IMG/VR virus record: IMGVR_UViG_3300009436_000023
Strand: one strand, 5' to 3'
Source of the DNA: an uncultured virus (IMG/VR IMGVR_UViG_3300009436_000023)
Taxonomy: Duplodnaviria > Heunggongvirae > Uroviricota > Caudoviricetes
Length of the DNA: 64,000 bases
Shown here: in pieces, positions 37,316 through 47,248 of the stretch
Layout: each line of letters opens with the position of its first letter
Position numbering within the stretch: position 1 is the stretch's first letter
Made by a program: the position numbers and the translations under genes
The notes under the pieces: generated by a model
What the model was told of the DNA's origin: nothing
The model's database searches: none
What the model saw: only the letters and a program-made list of their open reading frames with translations

Positions 37316-37771
37316 TCACCCCTTTAGAAGCTGGGGTTCCCCACGATTGATTTCAATCTTACGAGGTTTCTTTGCTTCTGGTATTACGTTTTCCAATTTG
37401 ACGGTTAAGATACCATCGATAAGGTCAGCGCCATTCACAACAACTGTATCAGCTAATGTGAAAACTCTTGAGAAGGAACGACCAGAAATTCCACGATGGA
37501 TGTAATGTTTCTCATCTGTGTCTTCCTGTTTGCCTTCGATTGTTAGCACCCCATCTTTGATCTGAATATCAAGATCGTCATAGGTGAACCCAGCAATTGC
37601 TAACTGCAATTCATATTGGTCATCGTCTACCTTGACGATGTTGTAGGGTGGGTAAGCCTGTTGATTTGGGGCTGTGTCTCTCATTCTTTCAATCATTCGG
37701 TCAAACCCGATTAAGAATGGATCATTAAGCATTGCGGCATCTAGTCTACCGTCTAAACTACGTTTATTCAT
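37316..37771 (-). CDS. hsp20: small heat shock protein, IbpA/Hsp20 family
   Basis: IGFDRM..YPPYNIVK..LAIAGF..YIHRGISGRSFSRVFTLAD..A.L.DG.L..L...PEAKKPRKIEI; start MNKRS with AAGGAGA Shine-Dalgarno. Confidence 0.95.
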   Translation of the reverse strand: MNKRSLDGRLDAAMLNDPFLIGFDRMIERMRDTAPNQQAYPPYNIVKVDDDQYELQLAIAGFTYDDLDIQIKDGVLTIEGKQEDTDEKHYIHRGISGRSFSRVFTLADTVVVNGADLIDGILTVKLENVIPEAKKPRKIEINRGEPQLLKG

Positions 37772-37838
37772 TTTGCTATCTCCTTTATTAAGCAAGATTA
37801 AGTAGTGTGACCCATTAGGCATCACACCTTTATTTATA
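37772..37838 (-). promoter_or_regulatory. late promoter TATAAATA (37831-37838) and ROSE-like RNA thermometer in the hsp20 5' UTR
   Basis: Hairpin GTGTGA/TCACAC, then ATCTT-G-CTT AATA AAGGAGAT pairing the Shine-Dalgarno with a bulged G (UUGCU motif). Confidence 0.7.
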
Positions 37839-37863
37839 AAGTGTCTTTGTCGTAATTTTAAAT

Positions 37864-38172
37864 TTATCTAATAAAAGGCTCAAAACCAGTACCATTAGCT
37901 ACTAAGCACGACCAACCGTTTGGAAACAAGGAAATCATAGTCCAAGAACCTGTGTCTTGATTTGTACTAAAAACAAATTCAGTGTCAACAAGTTGACCAC
38001 TTATGTGTTGCTGTAGAATTTTGCCATTAAACAAAATTTCTTCACCATATTCACGCATTTGTTCTGCCATATCAGGCATCGTCCCACAAGCTTGTACTGA
38101 ATGGAAAGGTGGTACTTCTTGAGCAAACGCCCCTGTTGATAATAGAATAGTCGGTATTAAGTATTTAAGCAT
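37864..38172 (-). CDS. hypothetical protein with signal peptide
   Basis: MLKYLIPTILLSTGAFAQ signal-peptide-like N-terminus. Confidence 0.7.
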   Translation of the reverse strand: MLKYLIPTILLSTGAFAQEVPPFHSVQACGTMPDMAEQMREYGEEILFNGKILQQHISGQLVDTEFVFSTNQDTGSWTMISLFPNGWSCLVANGTGFEPFIR

Positions 38173-38176
38173 AAGC

Positions 38177-38683
38177 TTATTCTCCTGTTGAACCGAAACC
38201 CCCATCTCGCCCAGTCAATTCCATTGGCTTTGTTGTTTCTGTAATTTTTAGTTGAACAACTTTTTCAAGCATACCTTGAGCAATACGATCACCATTAGTG
38301 ATCTTGACAAGACTGTCGGTGTTGTTTTGTAACATAACGAATGTCTCTAGTGTGTAATCAGAATCAATAATTCCAGTGCCATTCGACAAAGACAAACCTT
38401 TCTTCAAGGCTAGTCCAGAACGAATGAATAGTTTTAAAACATGTTTCTCTGGTACGTCGAAAATTAATCCTGTGGGTACTAGCACCCTAATTCCTGGTGG
38501 AAGCTGAAATGCGTCACGATCTGTGGAAACACCTTTAACTGCCACAGATTGTTCTTTGTTCCAAGAATTGTAAGCTTTGAGCATATCGCCATTCTGAAAA
38601 CATGCTTTGATATCGAAACAGGCTGAACCTTTTGTTGCGTACTCTGGGAGTTCTGCCTTTTCATTCATTCTATAAATATTCAT
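38177..38683 (-). CDS. dut: dUTPase, trimeric
   Basis: SACFDI, RSGLALKKG, GIIDSDY, GDRIAQG and RDGGFGSTG motifs. Confidence 0.95.
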   Translation of the reverse strand: MNIYRMNEKAELPEYATKGSACFDIKACFQNGDMLKAYNSWNKEQSVAVKGVSTDRDAFQLPPGIRVLVPTGLIFDVPEKHVLKLFIRSGLALKKGLSLSNGTGIIDSDYTLETFVMLQNNTDSLVKITNGDRIAQGMLEKVVQLKITETTKPMELTGRDGGFGSTGE

Positions 38684-38684
38684 T

Positions 38685-39089
38685 TCACTTCTTTCCGATG
38701 TTATACTTAGCTTCCAAAGTCCAATTGCTTTTCTCTTTGTGAGATAAGATTTTAATTTGATTTAGTTGAGCTACTGGGTCTTGAGCTTTTTCTGTTTGTA
38801 TAACAGAAACCAAACCCCACTCTTCTAAAAGATTAACGATTGTATTTCTTCTTGATGCGTCTTCTTCGATAAAGGTATCTGTCTTGCCATCTAAGATGAA
38901 CAGTTCCTTAAAGTGTAGTATAGCATACCTACCTTGTTTATGCAAGATGTGACAAGTCTGGTATAGCTTTTTTTCTTTTCTTGATGAAATGCCAATTCGA
39001 GTGAGAGTTTCTTTTACCTTTAGGAAACTATCTGGTGTTGGAAGAGCAATCTCGATTCCTACGCCTTTAAAAATATCTTCTGAGTTCAT
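38685..39089 (-). CDS. regA: translational repressor RegA
   Basis: PDSFLKVKETLTRIGISSRKEKKLYQTCHILHKQGRYAILHFKELF..RRNTI..LL.EWGL..KYNIG. Confidence 0.97.
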   Translation of the reverse strand: MNSEDIFKGVGIEIALPTPDSFLKVKETLTRIGISSRKEKKLYQTCHILHKQGRYAILHFKELFILDGKTDTFIEEDASRRNTIVNLLEEWGLVSVIQTEKAQDPVAQLNQIKILSHKEKSNWTLEAKYNIGKK

Positions 39090-39179
39090 AATCTACAGCA
39101 CCTTTTTTTATTATTATTATGTTATGCTGATCGTCAAATAATTCGACCATCTGATATATTTAGCTAAATTGGCTTTTCT

Positions 39180-39575
39180 CTAACCCCCCGTTTCTAGTTT
39201 GGCGCGTACCTCTACCATTTGATCAGGATTTAGTGCTTTCTGGTACATTTTAGCTACCGTGCGATTGCACTGATACACTTCTTGTATAGCATCCAAGTCT
39301 TTATCAACATCTGGCTTGAACCACTTAGAGAAACGTTTACGTTTACGCAAAGCACCACGATAGTAGTCGAATTGAGCGCCACCAAATAGATTAGCCCTCA
39401 TATTCATCTCGTTGGCGTGGAGAACTGTATCTTCAAACCACGAGAACCCTTTATTGACAATATAAGCCGTATACAGCTTCTCAGCTTGTTCTGGAATTTC
39501 GTGATCACCAATGAGATCGTCCTTAGAGAACGAAGCCGCATTGATAAAATCAAAAGGTGTTATTTCTTTCGGCAA
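39180..39575 (-). CDS. gp62: clamp loader small subunit gp62
   Basis: PFDFIN..Y.AYIVNKG.S.F.DTVL.ANEMN..RKRKRFSKW..GG. Confidence 0.9.
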   Translation of the reverse strand: MPKEITPFDFINAASFSKDDLIGDHEIPEQAEKLYTAYIVNKGFSWFEDTVLHANEMNMRANLFGGAQFDYYRGALRKRKRFSKWFKPDVDKDLDAIQEVYQCNRTVAKMYQKALNPDQMVEVRAKLETGG

Positions 39576-39756
39576 TTGTATTCTCCAAATCTTTCAACAT
39601 ATCATTAAACGGTATAACACAGGTTGCGCAAAGTTTCAAGTCCAATTTGCCATCCTGTGTATCGACATTAACTGTGTTGATGTCTTTCTTCGCTATTCTC
39701 TTATTACATTCCCAACATATCACTTTGCTGAATAACGCATCAGCCCACTTACCCAT
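39550..39756 (-). CDS. small zinc-ribbon protein (CxxC...CxxC)
   Basis: CWEC and CATC; sits between gp44 and gp62. Confidence 0.65.
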   Translation of the reverse strand: MGKWADALFSKVICWECNKRIAKKDINTVNVDTQDGKLDLKLCATCVIPFNDMLKDLENTIAERNNTF

Positions 39757-39886
39757 TTTCCTTGTCTTTCATGTACTGCGCGAAACGAGCCGCCCTATCA
39801 GGTTGCTCTTCGCGTGGTTTATCTTTGACAAAAACTGTTTTGGAAACAGGTTGTACTGGTTGGATAGTTGTGCCTTTGATCTTCAT
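39749..39886 (-). CDS. small hypothetical protein (45 aa, MKIKGTTIQPVQPV...)
   Basis: Read manually; ATGA overlap with the gp44 stop and overlap with the next start. Confidence 0.55.
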   Translation of the reverse strand: MKIKGTTIQPVQPVSKTVFVKDKPREEQPDRAARFAQYMKDKENG

Positions 39887-40836
39887 TTGTACTCAGCTTC
39901 CATCATCACTTCGGACATGAACGCAATCAGGTTAATCTCGTGATCAGCGACTCGTGATGCCTTGTCCATGTAATCAGAAATAGTCACAACAAATCCTGGA
40001 AGACTGCGTAGTTCTACCTTCTCAGTTCCCATATCATAGATACGACGAAACATCTCAGGCATAGACTGATCAGAATTCTTGGCGCACCATTTGCGCAGAT
40101 TAGTCCAGTCCTTTGCTTTCAACATACGGAATGCTTCTTCGACTGTCTCTTGCTTGATGTTAACAAAGATACCTTCGTCAATACTACCAGAAGCCGCATA
40201 TGATTGTAGCTCAGTTAATACTCGACGGAAATCAGGGAAGTGTTGTTCTACAACCTTAGCTACAACCTTGGCATCGTATTTGACTTCTTCTTGGTCAAGA
40301 ATAGCACATACACGTTTGAAAAACTTCATCGCCATCTTAGGCTTCTCATCATTATTAATTGAGAAATCTACTTGAGACATACGTGAACGTAGTGGTGCAA
40401 TGATACGATTTTTGAAATTACAGGTAAAGATAAACCCACAATTAGAAGAATATTCTTCGATGAAGTTACGTAGTGCTGGTTGCACTGATGTAGCATTGAG
40501 ATAATCGGCTTCATCAAAGATCACATACTTACGTCCACCAGAAAGTGATACTGCGGATGCGTATGTTGAAATATCATAACGCAGTGTATCAATGTTTACG
40601 TTCAATGAACCATTCTTAACAATATAGTCGCAACCCATTTCTTCCAACATAGCTTTTGCGACAGTTGTTTTACCAACGCCTGGGCCACCAGAGAGTAAAA
40701 GGTTTGGTACACTATCGTCTTCGATAAACTTCTTAAAAGTTGTCTTCAGCTTTGGGCTGAGGATCGTATCATCTACTCGCTGTGGTCTGTACTTCTCGAC
40801 CCACAATACTTCATTCGTCTTTGCATCAATTGTCAT
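39883..40836 (-). CDS. gp44: clamp loader ATPase gp44
   Basis: LWVEKYRP, GGPGVGKTT, DEAD, PLRSR and FPDFRR motifs. Confidence 0.97.
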   Translation of the reverse strand: MTIDAKTNEVLWVEKYRPQRVDDTILSPKLKTTFKKFIEDDSVPNLLLSGGPGVGKTTVAKAMLEEMGCDYIVKNGSLNVNIDTLRYDISTYASAVSLSGGRKYVIFDEADYLNATSVQPALRNFIEEYSSNCGFIFTCNFKNRIIAPLRSRMSQVDFSINNDEKPKMAMKFFKRVCAILDQEEVKYDAKVVAKVVEQHFPDFRRVLTELQSYAASGSIDEGIFVNIKQETVEEAFRMLKAKDWTNLRKWCAKNSDQSMPEMFRRIYDMGTEKVELRSLPGFVVTISDYMDKASRVADHEINLIAFMSEVMMEAEYK

Positions 40837-40902
40837 GTGTTCACCATTTCATCATATAAAAATAAGTTGTAGGTTTATAGCGAGAGCCTACATCGCTTAG
40901 TC

Positions 40903-41172
40903 TTAGTTAGATACTTTGTCAGCCAATGGAGCATCAGCAGGAATGTCTGCTGGAGCTTCTGATGGCAGACCACCTTCTGGTGCTTCACCTTGTGGTGCAT
41001 TTTGCTGTAGGAACATCTCTAGCTTGTTGCGTAGCATACCTACACCTGCTAGTTCACGTCCTTCAATGCCACCACGGCGACTTACAACATCAATTAGTTG
41101 TACCACAGTTGCAATATCTTGCAATGAGATTGATACAGGCTCTTGCTGTTGTTGTTGATCTTGTTCGCTCAT
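40903..41172 (-). CDS. conserved hypothetical protein (ISLQDI..IDVVSRRG..E...VG.L)
   Basis: 89 aa between gp45 and gp44. Confidence 0.75.
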   Translation of the reverse strand: MSEQDQQQQQEPVSISLQDIATVVQLIDVVSRRGGIEGRELAGVGMLRNKLEMFLQQNAPQGEAPEGGLPSEAPADIPADAPLADKVSN

Positions 41173-41177
41173 ATTAA

Positions 41178-41840
41178 TTATCCTTTCCGATAAGTTGATT
41201 TGGTATCGATTGCCACATAGTATGTAGCATCTGGGCTTTTAAACTCAGAAATGCCTTTTGCGCATAGAGTTACGCTATAGTCTTGAGGCAATAGCTTAAG
41301 GTTTTCAGTCTTAATAATAACCTTAAAGGTATCATTGGTTGAACCAATTTCAATACCATAATCATCAGCTCCTGTATCGGTGCTACTGATTGCCTTGAGG
41401 TAAATTTTACCTTCCTCACCGACAAATGCAACTTCTTGGAATTGAAGTACACCCGCCGCTTTAATTACCGATTGAAGATCATCCCATGCAACATTCACTT
41501 CAACATCTTTAGTCGGCAATTCAATCTCCTTGGTAGGAGCCGCATGAATCATAGAGATATCTGCGAATACATACTTGGTACGCTGTTTGCCTTCTGTTAC
41601 CAAGAAGTATTTATCATGGAATTCTACGTCAGGATCACGATAAAGACCCAAAATAGATAAAAAGCGTGATAAATCGTAAATACATGCCTGAGACGGAATG
41701 CTATCAGCAATAGTCGCCTTGGCAATCAAGGTTTTTTCTGGTGTAATAGTCTTAAGAGTATTCCCAGCTTCCATCAAGATCGACTTGTTGATAGTGGAAA
41801 AACTCTTGAGTATTGTCAGAGTTCGTTCAGAAAATTTCAT
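41178..41840 (-). CDS. gp45: sliding clamp gp45
   Basis: MKFSERTLTILKSFSTINKSI..IYDLSRFLS..ENLKLLPQDY.V..Y.VA; GGAG Shine-Dalgarno; promoter TTGACA-17-TATGCT upstream. Confidence 0.95.
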   Translation of the reverse strand: MKFSERTLTILKSFSTINKSILMEAGNTLKTITPEKTLIAKATIADSIPSQACIYDLSRFLSILGLYRDPDVEFHDKYFLVTEGKQRTKYVFADISMIHAAPTKEIELPTKDVEVNVAWDDLQSVIKAAGVLQFQEVAFVGEEGKIYLKAISSTDTGADDYGIEIGSTNDTFKVIIKTENLKLLPQDYSVTLCAKGISEFKSPDATYYVAIDTKSTYRKG

Positions 41841-41944
41841 TATATAGTCTCCAAGTTTTGTTTTGTTTTTGTTTGTATTAACACAGCATACCACAATTTA
41901 ATATGCGTGTCAAGCAATATTATGTTTTGATAGGCAACAACCCC

Positions 41945-42175
41945 TCATTCACAAGAAATATTTGTTAGATTGGTGATGACTTCTGATGTTGTCTCATATT
42001 GCCATTCAGTCATTCCCATCATCGAAGTTGTTAGCAAACTTTCGAGTACCCCTACCATATATGATTCGTTATATTCCGCAAACCGTCTGGTAGCGGATTC
42101 TTGGAGTTTGGAAATAAGTGAGTCGATTTCGGCTTTACGTGCAGATTCCTTAAAGATTGACAGATCATCATCCAT
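41945..42175 (-). CDS. hypothetical protein
   Basis: 76 aa; AAGGA Shine-Dalgarno. Confidence 0.7.
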   Translation of the reverse strand: MDDDLSIFKESARKAEIDSLISKLQESATRRFAEYNESYMVGVLESLLTTSMMGMTEWQYETTSEVITNLTNISCE

Positions 42176-42231
42176 TTTAACATTCCTTTGTTGCTATCTA
42201 TGTCTGCACAATATCACCGTTTTCGTGGTTG

Positions 42232-43086
42232 TCAATCTTTTTTATAAGATTTTTTACTAGCTGATTTATCAGCCGTTGCTGATACACCCAACGAGCCAAT
42301 AGCCGCCATGTTGCCCTTGAAGATATAAGAGCCAATGTGGTTGATTTGCATCCACGGACACATCCATACTTGCATCCCAGCGGCACGTGCTTTGTGACAG
42401 AAGAAGTAGTCCTCACTCAAATAACGCTTGGTCTTTGGATCAATAATACAATCAAAGTAAGCCATGATCTCATTCGAACCATCAAAGTTTTCAGTACGGA
42501 TATGATCGGGTTTGTATGAGTATTCTGGATATGCTTCTTTGTATTTCTCGAATGTTTCTCTTGGAATACACATGAAGCCTGTACCACCTTCGCCAATCTC
42601 AAGAGGCTCAGAAAGATTAAAACTAGCAAGCTTATTAATTGGATTGAAAACATAATCCGCTGTGTATTGATCCAATGCGAATGGCGTGTCTTCTGCTTTA
42701 CCGATTTCAACAGCCTTCTTGACCTTTTCCCATGCGATAGTCTTCTTAGGATACGGACCTGTCACAATATTGAACTTAGGATCAGAAACTTGGATTGCAA
42801 TCAATCCTAGTACGTCACGAGGGTCAAATGCAATGTCAGAATCAATAAAGACAAGGTGTGTACAGTCAGAGCGCATAAACTCATCAACTACGTAGTTTCT
42901 TGCTCTTTGGATTAGGCTCTCATTGAACAAGTAATAAAAACGAACATCGATACCGTTAGCGGCACACATCATAGCTAGATCAGTACACGATTTTGTATAT
43001 GACCCACTACAGTTACCGCCATACATTGGCGTACCAATAAAGATTTTGTGTTTTCGAAGTTCTTCGATTGATATTTGTAGTTTCAT
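42232..43086 (-). CDS. GT-A fold glycosyltransferase-like protein
   Basis: TPMYGG, ESLIQRARN, FIDSDI (DxD), GTGFMCI.R and YLSEDY.FC motifs. Confidence 0.75.
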   Translation of the reverse strand: MKLQISIEELRKHKIFIGTPMYGGNCSGSYTKSCTDLAMMCAANGIDVRFYYLFNESLIQRARNYVVDEFMRSDCTHLVFIDSDIAFDPRDVLGLIAIQVSDPKFNIVTGPYPKKTIAWEKVKKAVEIGKAEDTPFALDQYTADYVFNPINKLASFNLSEPLEIGEGGTGFMCIPRETFEKYKEAYPEYSYKPDHIRTENFDGSNEIMAYFDCIIDPKTKRYLSEDYFFCHKARAAGMQVWMCPWMQINHIGSYIFKGNMAAIGSLGVSATADKSASKKSYKKD

Positions 43087-43721
43087 ATTTCAGTTATCTC
43101 CAAGTCATGCTCTGCCCTAGTAATAGACTGAAGGCGTAAAATATCAGCCGCTACATCATGCTTACTGTCATGGGCGTTAAAGTTGTAATTCCACTTCTCT
43201 ACGTTACTAACAGGAATAAATCCATTAGGATCAATGTCAAAGTTGAATTTTGCATCAATGAATGTACGAGTGTCACGTACAGCATAATGCTTTAAGTGTT
43301 GGCTCAGCAAACTTTGTTTGCCAGCATCTTCTGCAATACGATCCAAGATAATGGGATCGAACGTATTACCTCTCGACCACCAACATTCAATCTTATTAGA
43401 AGAACGTAGATAATCTACAAGCTTTTCTATAAACTGACTTGCAGTCAGATCATTGGCTGATGGCTTGAGGTTTTGTCTAAGTTCTGGTGGTTGCGATAAC
43501 CACCAATCAAGATCACTTTTCTTGTATGCACACCCATGGTTCGTCATCTGATCCTTAATATCAAATTTAGCCTGTTCCATCCCAAGAACCAACTCTTTAA
43601 ACGTATATGGGTTTTCTGTAAACCGTTTCCACTCAAATGTAGTGTAAGACACATCAATTGCAGGTATTTTTCGTGAGTTAGTACCAATAGTTTCAAAATC
43701 AAATATAAAATGGGTTGCCAT
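43083..43721 (-). CDS. dexA: DexA-like 3'-5' exonuclease (DEDDh)
   Basis: FDFETIG, WSRGNTFD, RDTRT and HDSKHDVAAD motifs. Confidence 0.8.
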   Translation of the reverse strand: MATHFIFDFETIGTNSRKIPAIDVSYTTFEWKRFTENPYTFKELVLGMEQAKFDIKDQMTNHGCAYKKSDLDWWLSQPPELRQNLKPSANDLTASQFIEKLVDYLRSSNKIECWWSRGNTFDPIILDRIAEDAGKQSLLSQHLKHYAVRDTRTFIDAKFNFDIDPNGFIPVSNVEKWNYNFNAHDSKHDVAADILRLQSITRAEHDLEITEI

Positions 43722-43768
43722 TAGCATAACTCCTTTGGATGGTTGTAGTTATTCATTATACCACACAA

Positions 43769-43960
43769 TTAGTGACTTTGCAAGCTAATTTTACTCTCAA
43801 GCATTGTAATCTCATCTTTCAGCCTAAGTTTTTCTACTTTAATCTTCTTGGTGTGCTTTTCTGGTGCTTTCTCAGCTTCCAAAGCTTCAACTGTAGCATG
43901 GAGATGCTTGTGTCGCTTTTTCAGTAGCTCTAAACGGTACTCATCATTTTCTTTAGTCAT
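43769..43960 (-). CDS. DUF465/YdcH-like protein
   Basis: L.KRH..LH..V..LE....K.EKLRLKDEI pattern. Confidence 0.7.
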   Translation of the reverse strand: MTKENDEYRLELLKKRHKHLHATVEALEAEKAPEKHTKKIKVEKLRLKDEITMLESKISLQSH

Positions 43961-43971
43961 TATAACCCCCC

Positions 43972-46518
43972 TTATACAAAAAAACTGTCAATGGTATTGA
44001 TTTTAACGGCAGACCACCCTACTGCCTCTAGGATCGCTTCGATTGGGCTTAGAAACACCTTCTCGAACTGCTTTTCATAATCTATATAGTTCGCCAATGC
44101 AAACTCTGGTGGAAGTCGTTGTCCTGGGAATGAAATGATGTTCTCACGGATTGGATTAGGTGTTTTAAGATAAACAAACTTGATTTTATCACCCCCAGCA
44201 ATAGGTTCATACGTTTTACCCAAGTTTCTTTTCTTTATTTCGTTGTTATATAGGATACAACCACGAACATGCATTGGACAACCCTTCTTATAAAGTGACA
44301 CGCTATCCATATACTTAGCTATCTCTTGCGTACCGCTATTACGTCCAATGTCTTCTGGTGGTAGGTTATAGAATTCTTGACGGAAGTTCTCAATAAACTC
44401 TTGTACTGATTCTTCATTACCGTTCATGATAACCTCAAATGATGCTTTGAGTTTGTCACGACACACCTCAGGTGTTGACGAACGTACAGACTCAAGACCA
44501 GTCACTGAAACCTTTGGCTTGTCGTAGTGTACACCCTCAGAGTTCAGAGTATTCATTATGTAACGCTTCTTAGCAATAAAGATGGACTTGTCTGTAATCT
44601 TCTCACGCTTCATGAACATCGCTTGGCGATACGCACCCATCTTTTTAGCAAGGTCTTCATAACCAGCTTCAAGAACTGGTTCGATTTTCATTTGGCAAAC
44701 TTTATCAAGGAACTCTTCGCCCTTCTTACGATCAATGTCTACCGTACCAAAAGCATTCTCAACGATTGGAGCCATATCAACATAGATAGAGTCAGTGTCG
44801 ATATACACAATGTAATCTGTATCAGTTTTGAGAATACGGTTTAGATAATCATTCACGGACTTCTGTGCATATCGAATAGACAACTGACCAGATGTCGTAA
44901 TTGCTTCTGCCATGTCGTTAATATAGTACAGGAAGTACACGTTAGCAGTTGCGCCATACAATGAGTTCATAGCAATTTTGATAGCCATCTGAGAGTTGTG
45001 TAGCTGTGTAGCCTCACGCTTCAGTCGTGACTTCTCAGATGCATCAGTAGCGTCTTCCAACTGTTGCTCTACCTTAAGCATGTTCTGCTTGATGACCTTA
45101 CGGTTGTTGTAGTATTCATCAATGATGCTAGGAATAACACCCTTAAACTTGTTACTGAAACAAGCACCATTAGCACCCACAGACATAGATGCATCGTTGT
45201 TTTGGAAACGACCTTCAAGAACCATATCTTGGGATACTTGCTTACGTTCGTTTTCCAAGTATGTCTCAGGTGACATATTGTACTGCAACATCAAGTGTGG
45301 ATACAGAGAGTTAAGATCGAACGATACAATCCATGGATGCATACCAACTCTTGGGTCTTTTACATAGCCACCGACAAGTTCACCCGCACGTTGACCTGCT
45401 TCACCCTTAACTGGTGGAACCTTACCATCTTTCATCAGGCGACGATATAGTGTTGTTTCCCAAATACCCACAGTACCAAATGCATCTTGATAGTTTACAC
45501 CACCGCCATAAGCAACAGTCATAACAAGAGACATCAAACCTGTCTCATCTTCGAAACGTTGGATCAGTTCTGTATCTTTAAGGTTATAGTCTAGGTACAG
45601 TTGTGGGTTCTGTTCGTACAGTGCGTTTAGGTTGCCATACTCAGAATAGTCTAGCTTCTTTTCACCCAACACAGTGTATGCGATGTGATCAAGCTTATAG
45701 CTCTCTTGTGTGCCATACTTGTAGCCAAACTTCTTGAATGCATCCATATAGTCAACGACAGTCATGCCACTGATCTGATATGTGCCTTGCATCTTACCAA
45801 ACATCTCACGCTCTTTGTGTCGTACATTGCGCCATGGGCTTAAATCTTTTACCCATTCTTCACCGAACAGTCGCTTCATGCGAGTAATGATGTATTGAAC
45901 ATCAAAGTATTCCACGTTCCAACCTGTAATAATATCAGGATAGCGGTTAACCCATATCTCTTTGAAACGCTTCAGCAAGGCTTCTTCGCTATCAAATTTC
46001 ATGAAGTGAATGTTATCAGGGTGTAGATCAAGTAATGTCTTGCTCTTGTCATAGTCCTTGCGCCCTAGCAGATGGTAATCAGAAGACTTAGATGACTTGT
46101 ATGCAATAGACGTGATTTCTTTGTCAGCCTCATTTACATTTGGATAACCATTGGCAATGTCAACCTCAATATCGAAAGATACGATGTTGATCAGTGATGC
46201 GTCAAACTTGATTTCATCTGGATACTTTTCTTGGATGAACTGAGACACATAATTAGTGTTCCCAGCAATCTCAAGACCATGCACATCTTTATAGCGCTCT
46301 ACAAAATCCTTGCCCTCTTTCATACCGTCTAGTTGGTGCGGCACTAATGGCTTGTCAGTGGCAAGACTTCTGTACTTAGTATCAGTAACATCTTTCTTAC
46401 CATTCGTGAAAAGAGTTGGTTGAAACTTAACCTTCTTGCTGAACTGCTTGCCATTCTCATAGCCACGCCAAAGAATGTTCTGACCATAGCGCTCAACTGA
46501 TGTGTAAAATTTAGACAT
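43972..46518 (-). CDS. gp43: DNA polymerase gp43, family B
   Basis: FDIEV, GWNVEYFD, YNLKD, SFDLNSLYPH, KIAMNSLYGA, YIDTDS and KKRY motifs. Confidence 0.98.
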   Translation of the reverse strand: MSKFYTSVERYGQNILWRGYENGKQFSKKVKFQPTLFTNGKKDVTDTKYRSLATDKPLVPHQLDGMKEGKDFVERYKDVHGLEIAGNTNYVSQFIQEKYPDEIKFDASLINIVSFDIEVDIANGYPNVNEADKEITSIAYKSSKSSDYHLLGRKDYDKSKTLLDLHPDNIHFMKFDSEEALLKRFKEIWVNRYPDIITGWNVEYFDVQYIITRMKRLFGEEWVKDLSPWRNVRHKEREMFGKMQGTYQISGMTVVDYMDAFKKFGYKYGTQESYKLDHIAYTVLGEKKLDYSEYGNLNALYEQNPQLYLDYNLKDTELIQRFEDETGLMSLVMTVAYGGGVNYQDAFGTVGIWETTLYRRLMKDGKVPPVKGEAGQRAGELVGGYVKDPRVGMHPWIVSFDLNSLYPHLMLQYNMSPETYLENERKQVSQDMVLEGRFQNNDASMSVGANGACFSNKFKGVIPSIIDEYYNNRKVIKQNMLKVEQQLEDATDASEKSRLKREATQLHNSQMAIKIAMNSLYGATANVYFLYYINDMAEAITTSGQLSIRYAQKSVNDYLNRILKTDTDYIVYIDTDSIYVDMAPIVENAFGTVDIDRKKGEEFLDKVCQMKIEPVLEAGYEDLAKKMGAYRQAMFMKREKITDKSIFIAKKRYIMNTLNSEGVHYDKPKVSVTGLESVRSSTPEVCRDKLKASFEVIMNGNEESVQEFIENFRQEFYNLPPEDIGRNSGTQEIAKYMDSVSLYKKGCPMHVRGCILYNNEIKKRNLGKTYEPIAGGDKIKFVYLKTPNPIRENIISFPGQRLPPEFALANYIDYEKQFEKVFLSPIEAILEAVGWSAVKINTIDSFFV

Positions 46519-46555
46519 TGGAATCCTTGCTTGTGTTTATACTATAATAACACAG

Positions 46556-47020
46556 TTATTCATCTACGTCAACTTCTTCCTCAAGAATAATATCTGTTAG
46601 GTAAAGTTCGTAGTAATCATGTTCGTAACCTTTAACCTCTAGCAAGTCTCTTCGGTCAAAGTAAGCACCGTCTTCGTCATTGTCGTACTCAGCTTCTAGT
46701 GCCTCTTTATCTTCTACAGACCAACCTTCGTGGTACACAAAACATTCGTTGCCATCCATTGTGTCATGTATCTCATGCATTTCAATATCACTCATACACA
46801 GATCGCCCTTAGTCTCCAATAAGTTGTTTAACAGATCAACTTCTTCTTGGGTTGTTGGCGTTACTTTACCGTCTCCACGTTTCCATTCAATTTGTACATT
46901 AACGCCTGGGGAACCCTCTTTGTTGAACACGCCAACCTCTACAGCACCCCACCTATTTCGGTTAGATACGAGATAGCTCACTCCCATTTTTACTTCTGTC
47001 ACTTCTTCAACTTCCATCAT
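46556..47020 (-). CDS. hypothetical acidic protein
   Basis: 154 aa, coupled to the upstream ORF. Confidence 0.75.
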   Translation of the reverse strand: MMEVEEVTEVKMGVSYLVSNRNRWGAVEVGVFNKEGSPGVNVQIEWKRGDGKVTPTTQEEVDLLNNLLETKGDLCMSDIEMHEIHDTMDGNECFVYHEGWSVEDKEALEAEYDNDEDGAYFDRRDLLEVKGYEHDYYELYLTDIILEEEVDVDE

Positions 47021-47235
47021 TTATACTCCATATCAGTAATAATATCAGTACCCTCTTTATCGTTAGCGATACTAAGTGCCATAGCTTGTATATCGTCAAT
47101 AAGTGCTTGACAAGCCGCTTTATCGTATTCTTTATAAGAAATCTCAGCAAACTCATTACGCACCCTGTGCAATAGAACAGCTTTGTCGTGCATTGCATTA
47201 ATTCTTTGTATTAAGTCTTCTATTGAATGTTGCAT
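47017..47235 (-). CDS. hypothetical protein
   Basis: 72 aa; AGGAG Shine-Dalgarno. Confidence 0.75.
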   Translation of the reverse strand: MQHSIEDLIQRINAMHDKAVLLHRVRNEFAEISYKEYDKAACQALIDDIQAMALSIANDKEGTDIITDMEYK

Positions 47236-47248
47236 ATCTCTCTCCTAT

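Noticed and set aside
37772..37825. N-terminal extension of Hsp20 (MMPNGSHY...) in the ORF track
   Set aside because: This is the structured 5' UTR; the strong Shine-Dalgarno sits before the ATG at 37771
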